A DNA stretch of 63,987 nucleotides, counting the filler, from Folioceros fuciformis (taxonomy: Eukaryota): NCBI GenBank assembly GCA_049999805.1. It is 7 parts of 7 records of this genome, joined end to end, with 100 filler letters (N's around TTAATTAATTAA, not from the genome) between each part and the next. Parts side by side here need not be neighbours in the genome. Positions count along the whole stretch, not along the records: positions 11,945 to 22,271 come from JBNGIO010005325.1; positions 22,372 to 43,777 come from JBNGIO010005327.1; 5 more parts are not named here. One strand, 5' to 3'. The notes below the pieces were generated by a model that searched no databases, was not told where the DNA came from, and was given only the letters and a program-made list of their open reading frames with translations. Every line of letters begins with the position of its first letter. The stretch's first letter is position 1. Both the position numbers and the translations under genes were made by a program. This document shows, in pieces, positions 12,339-24,106 of this stretch.

Positions 12339-14793
12339 ATGGCGTCGCCGGCGGCCCCGGCCAGCCCGGGTGCAGGAGCACCGGCGCCTGCTGCTCCAGC
12401 TGCCCCAGCTTCAGCCACGCCGAGCTCTCGCAGCCAGACTCCTGCCGCAGGGAAGCCCCCGCTTCCGCCTGTCAAGCCTGGGGCCGGCTCCGGAGGACCA
12501 GCCCCTGTCCCTTCTGCCGCCCCGGTGCCTGGCCGGGTCCCCAGCAGAAGCAGCGTCTCCACAGCCTCATCCAAATCGGACACCAAAACGGCTAAGAAAG
12601 ACCTGGCGGAACTGGACAAGACGCTCATGCGTCCCAGCGTCTTCTTCAGGCCGGCCCTGGTTGATCTATGCATCAAGGTGCTGGCGAAGTACTTTCTGGA
12701 TTTCCCGGTCTGGGGGAAGCTGCCTGCGGAGTTGAGGGCCAGGGTCGTAAGCCTGCTTTCGGAGGATCTGCCGTTACCGTTGTGTGCGCAGGTACGGTAG
12801 GGTATTGATGGATGCCCGCATGCTGTGCTTTTGGAGCCTGGTTTGGCTTGTATGCATGTCAGGGAATGGTGGGGTGGGTGTCTGCTCAGGCGGTTGTGGA
12901 GGAGGAGTTTTGGGAAAGGAAGGCCAGCAAGCAGGGTTGGAAATTGGTGGACCTTGCTCCTCATGGAGGTTCTTGGAAGCAACTTTATTTTGAGCGGACC
13001 ATAGCGGAGGCTTTGCAAAGGTTCCTGGCCGTGAATAGCTGCTTGAATGAATGAGCAGTGAAGGTTCAGGATGATGCACATTTTGACTGTGGATTTCGCG
13101 TCTCACGGCAGCTATGATGCTACGCTCACCGGCGAGAAAACGCTTAAACAGCTGCTGGAGCTGAGTGCACCTTACGTGCACAATCTGGATGTGGTGGAAT
13201 TACCGTCGCATTTGAGTCTCTCTATTATTACGGAGTGCCTTGCCAGGTTACCAGCTGTGGTTTTGTGTGCTGCTGCTGTTGTTGCGTGTTGTTGTCGCAT
13301 ACTTCGAGAGTGGTTGGTAAGCCCGCATGCTCGAGCAACTGCAGCTGTCGTACGCTGGGGTCCTCCCGATATGGTTCTGATACGAATCTGTGCACTTGCA
13401 GAAGCCTTGCGTCATTGAAACTCGAGTACGGGTGTCCTGACGTGGGGTTCTATGATTATGACATTTTCAATTTCGGCATGAAGATATCCGACTGCCACTC
13501 TCTGGCTGCAGCACTTGCTGATGCTCCTTGCCTGACTGAGCTCAACCTTTCAAGCAACCTTCTGAATGATGAAAAGGTAATAAGTGCAACCCTGGCAAGC
13601 GGAGCCCTCACCTCCTGTGTCATAGCCGTGGCCGTCGCAACCACCTTTCGATGTGCATGATCCCATGAGATGTTCTGTTCTGAAGCAGGTCAAGTTAATA
13701 TGCAAGGGGTTGCTACAAAATCCCACTGTCGTCAATCTGGATCTTTCTCATAATAAATTCTCGGATCCCGGAGTGATTGAAGTGATAAAGTTGTTAGCTG
13801 CTGACAACACAGTCCTTAGCATTCTAAACCTATGCAACAATCTTGTCACTACAGCTGGTAAACAGGCCAGGGCTATATGCTACAGTATGTGTGGAGGGGG
13901 CCATCTTGTTATTTAAATATGCCAGAAAAGGATGGTCCTGCGTGTACTTCTCAACATGACTTCTTCTGACAAATACTTTCAACATTTGTGCATGCTTCCA
14001 ATTACTGATGTCTCTTCGTCAATTTTGTCGTGTTGATTACATATCACTCTTTCAAAAGATCTGCTGTAACTGCTTCCGCTGACTCTGGTAAATGCTACAT
14101 ACAGGGGCAGTAGCACTTGCAGAACAGTTGAAGACAAATACCGTTGTGTACTCCTTGAACCTGCGATTGAATGCTATCGGAGATGCTGGTGGCTTTGCCC
14201 TGTTCGAAGCATTACAGACCAATGGAACCTTGATGGTATGCATCTTAATGCTTTCCTTCTGTTTCAGCCACTTCAGTGTTGTGCGTTGTGGGTGATTTGC
14301 CCCGTTTCACAGAAATTGAGTCTGGCATCGTGTGGGGTTGGAGAAGAGACAGCAGCCTCGCTTGGCAGACTCTTAAAAAATCCCGAGTCCCATCTTTTGT
14401 ATGTGGACCTCGCAGCAAATCATGGAATTGGCGTCAATGGCGGGTCAGCGATCAAGATGGGGCTGGTAAGTTGAGGTAACTTTGGTGCTACTTTCGTGAC
14501 TGCTGGTTGATACGCCCTTCTCAGGTGTGCAAGTGTCTGTCTGTTTGCAGGAGGGGGGGAATGCTGTGAAGCAATTAGATTTGCAGCTGTGTGGTTGCGG
14601 GAAGGAATTAGAACAAGCCATACAGAGCATTGTCATCAACTTCCACCACCCAAAGATCATCGTTGTATCGGACATTGTGGTGGAAGAAGTTGTGGCAGAA
14701 GTGGTAACTGAGAAGAAGAAAAGATCGGAAGAAGGTTCTGACGAGTCGGAAGAAGACGAGCCAGGCGGAGATGCACCTCTTGCTCAACAATGA
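12339..14793 (+). CDS. DRC5: Dynein regulatory complex subunit 5 (TCTE1-like LRR protein), about 8 exons
   Basis: Spliced peptides LVDLCIKVL...LSEDLPLPL, HGGSWKQLYFER, YDIFNFGMKISDCHSLAAAL, LDLSHNKFSD and SLNLRLNAIGDAGG follow TCTE1/DRC5 in order. Approximate GT-AG exons: 12339-12791, 12890-13020, 13111-13246, 13402-13576, 13689-13856, 14105-14234, 14313-14465, 14551-14793. Confidence 0.88.
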
Positions 14794-14968
14794 GTTAAGC
14801 ACTAATTCCTCCAAAAACATAAGCGACTTTCGTAATTATGGGACCAACGTCGAATGCGATGTTCTCGTGTGTGGGCTTAGAATCGTCTAGATTTCAATCG
14901 TCTAGAAGACAAACTGGCCATGACATGAGCCTTTGAATATTCTCGTTTTCTGCTAACAGCTACGCAAA

Positions 14969-17175
14969 TTAGTGCCGGCGGGTGACCCTGCGCTCATTTG
15001 GATTCCTTCTGCCGCTGAGAATGGCGAAAGTGTTTCTCAGGCTCGGTACTTGCCGTATATTGGACTTGCTACTCTTGGAGAACAAATCATCAGAATTGCA
15101 AGATTCCAATCCCTGCAAAAAACATGGACCGCTTAGAATTCGATGCATATACAAAATCTATCACCGCATAGCCATAATTTCCATCATAGCATCATAGAGC
15201 TTCACCTCGCTTAATGAAACTTTCTTGACCTTGGGCTTCATGAGCCTTTGAGGAAGCTGATCCTCACACAAAACAGGGTTTTGCAGAGCTCCCTCTCGTC
15301 CTCCCTTCGGTAGAGGCAAGGAAAACTGTGAAGGGACAACACATGTTAGTTTCCGTACTAATCACACAATGACAACCCTCAAACCTCATCGGCAACCAAC
15401 ATGCGTCTGCATGCCCTCAACTTACTCTAGTGCCTCGTATATTGACACGACGGGGCTTTCCTGAAAGAAGCATTCCATCTTCCCCCAACGTAACAGACGT
15501 CTTGTGTAAGGTCCCTCCATTCCCACATTTTGGACAGAACAATCGACCAGTGGCGGGTGTCACATGGCTACAAGCTTGGCACTTGAGTACCCATCTGCAT
15601 GAGCAATTATTCAATAAGCAAGCTCACCGGTCGAATAGCAATGGATAGGGGTTCGCTAAGCATCTATTAGTTCCGTTCTTGTCAAACGGAAGAAATCTTA
15701 CCTGTGGAGTTCACGCACTTGCAAGCCACCAGCAGAGAGAAGTCGCAAGCCCATCTGTAGAAGGACATTCTGAATGGCAAAATCTGCGGTCATACAAGCA
15801 ATGCTTGACCTAAAATGCGACTCCTCAGTGACGGTTTGCACGCTATCGTTGTCATCGCCAAGGTTGGACGCCGTCCCATCCTGGATTCTAGGTTCAAATC
15901 CAAGAACTTGGGAATCCAGTAACTGTCTACCATTTGCTTTCTCCTCCTCATCAAGAACCTGGTCTGTAGTTCCACCAGAAGAAGCATCAGCACCTTGACG
16001 CACAACCTGCCTCACGGCATCTCCAGGCCGTATCTCACTATCCTCCTCTTCCTCGAGGTCAATCATTTCCGGAAGATCTTCATCACCCTCCTCATAATCA
16101 TTAACTACAGCCGATTCAAAGAAAGTTGTGCCATTTGAAGGCTTTTCAGACTCGTCCGCAGCACTGGCACCCTGAGCACCTGACTGTGACAACGCCTGAT
16201 CCCTAGCTGCAGCTTTCGCTGCTCTCCTCAAATGTTTTCTCCTTGTGCTCCTGCTGCATGCCTTCTGCCACCCCCCAGAGTCATCCTCCCCCGTATTCGC
16301 ATCCCGCCCAGGCCAAACATTTCGTTTTCCTTCCAAATCAAGGGCTGCTGTGGAGCTNNNNNNNNNNNNNNNNNNNNNNNNNNNNNNNNNNNNNNNNNNN
16401 NNNNNNNNNNNNNNNNNNNNNNNNNNNNNNNNNNNNNNNNNNNNNNNNNNNNNNNNNCCTCAGGTCCATCATCCTGCCTTTCATCCAATTTTTCCTCACC
16501 AAGACTTTCCATAGCAAGACCAGAATCCAACGCCCTAACCGTTGCAGCATCAACCACAGCTGCTGACGCTCCTACCTCACCATCCTCCCACAAACTCAGA
16601 TCCTGCACCCCTAAAATTCGCGACCTGCCCCGATCATCCGCTACCTTATCAATCTCCTCCCACTCCTCAGGGTTGGAAACATTGTTGCCCCAGCCAGGAG
16701 GATCCTTAACCCTCAGCCTGGCGGCTGGGACCACCTTCAAAGGCGGAGGTGTCGTCCGCAGATGCGAGCTACCGTGGGCCTGAACTTCCAATGTGTAAGT
16801 CAGGGCCAACAATCTCAAGTCCACAGTCGACAGACTCTGCAGGTCCCCAGTGGCGCGTGCAAACTGCGCCACCTTCGTCAGTGCGTCCTGCGAGGGCTCA
16901 ACCGTGTGCAGCTTGAAAGGCAGAGTAGCCAGCTGCGCTCTGGCAGCGGAGTCTCGAATCTCTTTCAGGACCTCGGGCACCGTCACGAACTGATCCGCCA
17001 CTCCTGGCAGAGTGTAAACCACATTGCTGTTGATGAGCAGGCCTGTGTCCAGCACAACCGTGCTCAGCCCGGCCTTGGAGCCCGCCGATGCCAAGAGGTC
17101 AAATGGCGGCGTGGGCTTTGCATCCAGCCGCGCCACTGCAGCCCACGCCTGGGGCGCAGATTTTTCAGCCGCCAT
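14969..17175 (-). CDS. NOB1: 20S pre-rRNA D-site endonuclease NOB1 (PIN domain plus zinc ribbon), spliced, with an N gap in exon 1
   Basis: Motifs VVLDTG...TVPEVLKEIRD, FARATGDLQSLSTVDL, ACMTADFAIQNVLLQMGL, CQAC...FCPKCGNGGTL, FSLPLPKGGR and C-terminal SGRRNPNE. Confidence 0.95.
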
Positions 17176-17814
17176 GGACTCTTCTGATTCCTCCCCAAGG
17201 TTTCCCTAGCTCGAGTCAAACGGGCTTGAATAGAACTCCAAGCAAACAAGTCCTTCAATGTGCCTAATGCACCCTAGGACGCACATATATATATATGAGT
17301 ACAGTCGGCTCTCCCTAAATGGGAACCTTCCCATTTAGGGGATTCCCTAGAAGTTTGTAAGTAGTACGGTAATTTTTCTCGCTTTCTTTTTCAGCCTCGC
17401 CTCTTTCTTCTTTTTTGGGCTGGGAACCCTTTTAGAAAGTTTTTCCCATGTGAAGTTTGTTTTGGGCTGGGAAATCTTTTTAGAAAGTTTGTCTACAAAT
17501 GTTTGGATGAGTTACCGATACAAAGTATGGAATATCAATACGGTGAGGTGCCTTTCAACCAAACTTTACTTCAATAGTAGGGCACAAAGTAGGTGTCTTG
17601 GGACATCTACTATGTGCCTTATTTTATCTCTCACGTTCAGATCCATCTCTCTCCATTCACAATCATTCAATTTTTTTTAGTTAGGATTTAGCATCCACAA
17701 TTCAGCATCCATCCTCAAGACCTCAGCGTTCACTATGTTATATGTTGTGTACACATTTGTCACCTCCATGCATACCCCTAACCGTCTGAGTTTTGCCACT
17801 CCAATCTAGAATCA

Positions 17815-17915
17815 CCCACGATGATGTTAATCAAGAGCCCAACACGGCGATGTCAATTAAGGAGCCAAACACGGGCAATGTCAATCGGGAGCCCTCACGA
17901 TGATGTCAATCAGGA
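17815..17915 (+). repeat. Degenerate tandem repeat of about 27-30 bp (cacgatgatgtcaat...gagccc), about 4 copies
   Basis: Repeated units read directly from the sequence. Confidence 0.6.
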
Positions 17916-18714
17916 TGAATCTGAACCCAAATAAAAAACAAAGGACGTGTCCCTATAGGTCCATATGCTCGCTAGAGTGATAGAAAAAAAAGTCCTTATA
18001 TAGTATACAAGTAGGTCCCATAACGTGGCTAGGCTCAGTATGGGAATCTGCCCGAGATGCCATTGTATATTCCCATATAAAATATATATTAAAAAAACAT
18101 CAATGTGTAGGCCGTGTCCGAATAGTATTCCATGACAAAGAAAGGGCACATAGGTCAGGTTTTTCTTTTTCTTTTTTCTCAACATTGTACATGAATATTC
18201 CATGGCATCTACTTGTACACGGTTGTTAGAGTTCCACATCACCTCAAATACTCTTGCACTCTACAAACTTGTTTTTTTCTTTTCACACCTCAAAGGTTGT
18301 GGACCAATGGCTCATGTTCGTAATGTGGATTCCACGTGCTTTCCAAAGGCCAGGCCTGGCCGACATGGCAGATCCCGAGAGTGCATATAGTGATCCACAT
18401 GTGATTTATTCGTCCCAGCAGGAGGGAAGTGTAGGCAAATGACGGGGTGATGTGAGTTGCTTCCTCGTACACTATGCAGCAGTTACTGTTCTTCTGGCAG
18501 GACGAGAGCAAAGAGATGCAGGGCACAAATCTTGAGGTTCGTGTGTTGGACGCGAATGAGAGATTCCGATGAAGTGGGTAGTTTCCTGCTCTCTAAAATC
18601 ACAAGCGACAAACAAGTGCATTCCTGCTTTGAGTGACGTCCTGTGGCGACTGCATTCCTGAGCCACGAACGCAGACACTGGTGAGGAGACATTTGCTTGC
18701 ACGGATAAAGCAAT

Positions 18715-18830
18715 GCAAAACAAGGTGAGTAATGCAAGGTGAGTAACAACAAGGTGAGTAAACAAGGTGAGTAACAAGGTGAGTAGACAAGGTGAGTAAA
18801 CACGGTGAGAAACAAGGTGAGCAATGCAAA
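18715..18830 (+). repeat. Short tandem repeat (ACAAGGTGAGTA variants), about 8 copies
   Basis: Repeated caaggtgagta units, which give the LLTL repeats in the ORF track. Confidence 0.85.
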
Positions 18831-19486
18831 ACAAGAAAGAGTGTGGGACAGATTACACTGGAGGTGCGGGATGGATTCCGGACACGTGGAGAAGCACCTC
18901 ATGTCCGTCTGTAGCTCACCCTGATTTACACAGCTCACCCAGAACTCCCTGTTCGTGTGTATGCATGGGTCACAATCGAGGCACCATGCAGACGGTGGTG
19001 TATGCTTGAGAATTCGAAGCTGCAGGGTGCCCTGTCTCTCTCTGTAACGATGCTTGCCGATCATGCTTGTAGTGTAGAATCGTCAACACATCCACATGAT
19101 TCCGTTGTTTCACTGAGTCGTGACATGAGTCGTGAATGAGAAACCCCCTTGGGCGTGCATGCACAAGCCTCTCTGATGAACCACGTTGACTCTCCATGTT
19201 TTTGTCTGCACTGCGCTTCACGCAGGGCAGGAAGGTTGGCAACACTGCGGAAATGAGATGCATATGTATTGCATGCACTGACATAATTTGTCACAATGGT
19301 TCAGGCCACCATGTTGTGACGAGTTTCAAGGCGTGCTCCCGGAGGTCCACGACTCCTCCAGGCCGTGGTGTGGTCCTGTGTCTACAGCTCTTGCAATCAG
19401 TGCCAAACCTAGGGTGTCAGTCAGCTCGCTCCCACTCGTTGAATAGGATGAGTGTGATCCTGAATTTCTGTTCGTACTGACGGCTC

Positions 19487-20208
19487 TCAATCGTGGTCTC
19501 CACACGAACAAACGCCACCCTTGAAGTGACGAACTCGGTGGGCGTCTCTAATTATGATCTCCCTATTCTCCATCTTGGAGATGATCTTCGTGCCTCTGTG
19601 GCAATGGTCACACATCCGCAGATTTTTCGTTACCAGCAAGGTGGTGCCTTCGGGTGTGTTGAGGAGACCATAAGCTAATGCAAGCTTCTCAGCGTGTCCA
19701 CCAATGCACTCACCCACAAACCCATTCACCTCAAGGCAGCTGCCCACCAAATCAGCATGTACCAGTTTCCCTGATGCCAAATCACCGATGTCTGCACAGG
19801 CTTTCAACACTGACACAAACGTGTAGTCATTTGGTTTCACATTGGATCGCCGCATCTCCAAATACAGTTTTATGGCCTTCTCAGCTTCCCCATGTTCCGC
19901 GTATGCTGTAATCATTGAAGTCGAGACCAAAGCATTGGGTGCCGGAAGTGTCCTCAACACCTGGTTGGCCTCTGCTAGACTACCATGAGAGGCATACATG
20001 CGGATGATGTGGTTTCCTAGAAAAATGTTGCAGCTGTACCCACTTCTGTAGCCCAAGGGCATGCACATACCATCCCATGGCTAGGCTCTTGTGAGCCTAG
20101 CCACCTCTTCAACAAAGCATGCCAAATACCCACCGACACCTGGATTCCCTGCTTGCACATGAGGTCCAAAGCCCGCACTGCTTCGAACAGCTGGTCATCT
20201 TCGCACAC
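19487..20208 (-). pseudogene. Internally deleted PLS-PPR gene ending in the C-terminal half of a DYW:KP-like deaminase domain
   Basis: PPR motifs (NIFLGNHIIRMYASHGSLAEA; PNDYTFVSVLKACA) join directly to GHAEKLALAYGLLNTPEGTTLLVTKNLRMCDHCH...CSCGDHD*. There is a frameshift near 20070, and E1/E2 and the DYW N-terminal half are missing. Confidence 0.85.
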
Positions 20209-21469
20209 TTTGCTGCAAGTACCAGCAAAGCATCAGACCAAGCTAGCCATTATATGAAACCAGCAAGAAGCTTTGCCATATCCCAACGATGTATAAGGAT
20301 TCCATCTGTGAAAATAAGGATGCCTGACAAAATTCTCCTTGTCACTGTCGAACCCATGTTCCTCATCTACTAGGGAGGACGCTGCAAAAGTAGCAGAAAA
20401 CACTTCGTCCAACCCTGAGAAGTCCTCGACGAGCGCGCCTGTAGGGGCAAGGTGATCATGTGAGCCCGCTCTTCCATCGCTGTGCACCAAGTCCAGATAC
20501 TTGAAGGTTCTCTGTAGTGATCAGCAACTGTCAACTGCCACCAACCATGCCTCAATGTCCTGCTGAAGCCTTCGCACGACTGAAATTCATGGCAAATCCT
20601 GAATTGGTGAAAAGCCAAGCACACTGCAGGGTGTTCGACCTGGAATGCCCAGCATCGGTCAGATACCTTGCGTCCTGCAGATTGGGTTGCAACACTGAAT
20701 CGCCTGCACAATCGTAAGCTCCACAAAAGAAACCTACTGTGCCTAAGCGACTCTCACCCCTTGTGTTTTCAAGCTCTGAGGCCTTAAGTGCAGTGTTTGC
20801 GGGGTGGACGTGGGTTGGGGTTGACTCTCCTCCCCTTCAGAGACAGCAGGGTAATTTTCCCGTGAGGAGCGCTACATATTGTCATCTGTTCTGCTTCATA
20901 TGGTCTGCGGCACGCATACGTTCCCCGGACTTGCTTTCACCGAATGCCTTGTCGACGGGGCCTAAAACTTGCAGCCAAGAAGGTTGTTTGAACGATCCCT
21001 GCCACCCAGACGTGTGGTGCCATCAGAGCAACCATGAGCTGCAGCGAAACAGCTCCGAAACCTGCCCGACGCAAGTCTAGGCAGGCGATGTCTGCGGGAG
21101 CTATATGGTAACACTTCCTTCGCTTGTCCTTGGTTATGCAAAACTGTGCAAGCTGGAAATCTGCCTCTTCATACTTTAACGTGCAATAGTAGCTGTATTC
21201 GAAGAATTGACCCTGCGGATACGTCACTGACAGGCAGCATCAGAACTCTTCAACCTTTTGCAACACAGAGCAAAGGGGTGGCCATGGAATGGCAGAAAAG
21301 CAGTTAGAGGTCAGCAAAGGGCAGCATCAGGAGTTTCCCAAGGAGCAATTGGTTTGAGGCAAGTAACTCCACTTCCTTACATTCCTGGATGTGCATCTTC
21401 CTGTGTGCTCAGTTACTGACCAGGGCCCCACCTTCTGCATGCAATGGACTGCAGGATGGGCTGCAGGTC

Positions 21470-22020
21470 GAACATGAATTCCAGGCTGTGGAAGCTTTGC
21501 AACAGCAAGGCATTCGTCTTTCGACGAACATCCTGTACAGTCTCCTGCAAAGGTGCATTGAAAAGAAAGATTTGGATGTGGGCAGACGAGTTCACTCCGT
21601 TATCATCAGAAGTGGACTTCAGTCCCGCAGTGGAGACTGGCCTTGACACAGATGTGTCTGTGGGCAACACTCTGATTGACATGTATGGAAAATGTGGGAG
21701 TTAGGAAGATGCAAGAACCGTGTTCCAAGGACTTTCAGAGAAGGATCTGGTGTCCTGGAATGCGATGATGGGTGGATATGCCCAGTATGGAGATGGTGAG
21801 ATGCCCCTTCAGCTCTTCTATCAAATGCGGAGGGAGGGCGTACATCCCAACAAGGATGGAGCCGGATCCACACAAACTTGGACACAGGAAAACTGTCATT
21901 GAGGGCATCTTAAAGATAGACCCAACCATCGCTGCATCATATGTCATCATGGGAGACAACCATGGTGCTGCTGGCAGGCTGGACGACAAGGCAAGTATAA
22001 GGAAGATGAGTTTTGCAATG
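21470..22020 (+). pseudogene. Fragmentary PLS-class PPR pseudogene with an E-domain remnant
   Basis: LYSLLQRCIEKKDLDVGRRVH; VGNTLIDMYGKCGS*EDARTVF; DLVSWNAMMGGYAQYG; AASYVIM. Contains a stop, frameshifts and deletions. Confidence 0.85.
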
Positions 22021-22994
22021 GGCTTGCTTTCGGCATTCAGGTCATGCCATTGCAGCAACTCCTCCTGGAGTGTAGCCACGAGGCTGCCGTGAGCCGCACC
22101 GTTTGGACAGAGAATGTTTCAAGCTTCTCATGCATTATAGTTTGATCTGTCTTACCACTGCCCCTTAAGCGCCTGGCACACTGAAAAGTTCCGCATCACT
22201 TCGAGAATCACCACACACGAGGGGAATGTAATCCGTGGAGAAATTCCCTCCGCCTCGTACCTGCGCACAAGNNNNNNNNNNNNNNNNNNNNNNNNNNNNN
22301 NNNNNNNNNNNNNNNTTAATTAATTAANNNNNNNNNNNNNNNNNNNNNNNNNNNNNNNNNNNNNNNNNNNNGGAAGGAGGTGCTCCTTCCACTCCAGCAA
22401 CGGTGGATTCGTCCCCCTCACTTTCAGCTGTGGAGCAAAAATCCTCAACTACCCCTAGGAGCGTCTCACAATCACTGCCTCACCCAGACCTCTCTAGTCT
22501 CGCCATGGACAGCGCAGGGGATCTCAACCGGGAGGAGTCTCAAACATTTGCTAATCAGAGAGGCACCAACAAGCCCGTTTTGTACAAAGTTTCCAAGAAC
22601 GGGAGCCACAGCCCGTCATAAAGTCTAGCTGTAAAATAGTCAACTTTAAAAAAAAGTGCTCTTAATGGCAGGCGGCACCAGGTCAGAATAGCATCTTACC
22701 AAATCTTATCTAAATACTATTTTCACATGCAACCACTCCTGGCTTACCTCAACGCCACTCTCTCTCCTCCTATTTATTCTTCTGGCCCAACCTTCCCTTG
22801 CCACACAAAATCTTCAGGCTCTCCCTCCTTGCTGCTGATTGGGCAAATACTTCCTCACTCCTGCTGCTGGCTGACCCATCCTGGCTGTCCACTCTCTCTC
22901 CTCCCAGGATGCTAGTTGCCTCCTGTTACTCTGGCTGCAATTATTGCTATTCCAGGCCTCATAGTGCAGGTAGGGGTTTCTGTAACCATCGTCT

Positions 22995-23064
22995 CCCTTC
23001 GGCAACCGGGGTTGTCCCTTCGGCAACCGGCGTTGTCCCTTCGGCAACCGGCGTTGTCCCTTCA
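22995..23064 (+). repeat. 21-bp tandem repeat (CCCTTCGGCAACCGGCGTTGT), about 3 copies
   Basis: Read directly; gives the PSATGVV repeats in the ORF track. Confidence 0.9.
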
Positions 23065-24106
23065 GCTACTGGTAGCCGCTTCGGCTACTTGCTGTCGCCA
23101 CGTCACAGCATCCCTATTTTCCAGCCTAAGTCCACAAGTACCTACTCCCAGGCCCCNNNNNNNNNNNNNNNNNNNNNNNNNNNNNNNNNNNNNNNNNNNN
23201 NNNNNNNNNNNNNNNNNNNNNNNNNNNNNNNNNNNNNNNNNNNNNNNNNNNNNNNNACCCCCCTGTCCGCCAAAGGCCAAGGACGTCCAGCCACCCCCAG
23301 ACACTTGGTCTGGCCACTGATTCGCCCAAAGTACCTTGGTTCAAGGAGACCTTGGGTATAAATATCCCTGTCTTATTCACAAGCTAAGCCGTTTCACTCG
23401 CACTTCCACAAAAAAAATCAAAATCCACCAAATATGTCACTCAAAAAGGGGTTCGCGAATATGTTTTCCCTCTACAATATGCTATGCCTTCCTTCACGTC
23501 TCTTGNNNNNNNNNNNNNNNNNNNNNNNNNNNNNNNNNNNNNNNNNNNNNNNNNNNNNNNNNNNNNNNNNNNNNNNNNNNNNNNNNNNNNNNNNNNNNNN
23601 NNNNNATAGTCTGAGTACAGTCATGTCCCGACCGTGTGTTTGCAATTCTGGCAACTCTTTTGCAGCAATTGATCGACCCACGTCTCCATGACGCAAGGCT
23701 GTGGGTGCATGGCAGGGTGGCGGACAGTGGTGGGGGAATTTCCGGCGGTTGCAACCGCTCAATTAGCCTGTCCACAAGCAAACTTCTTTATTCTTTATTC
23801 AGGGTTGTCGTAATAGGGATTCTATAAAGTGGAGGCGGATCTATGTGGCGCCGACCTCTACTCTGCTCTGCTCTGCTCGGCTGTACTCATGGCATCACGA
23901 ACTACATATACAACTGCTCTTTCCTTTGAAAGAGAGCTGTTGGCGGAATGAAGGGGGAAAAAAAAAAAAAACAAAAAAATCTGAACTGAATGCAGGCTAG
24001 CATATAAGATTTCTCTGGAGGACAGTGCTTTGGCCTTCCGTGAGTGTTGCGTGACCATCGAAGGTGGTGTTACCGCAGCCTTCCTCCCCCCCCTGTGACA
24101 GAGGTT

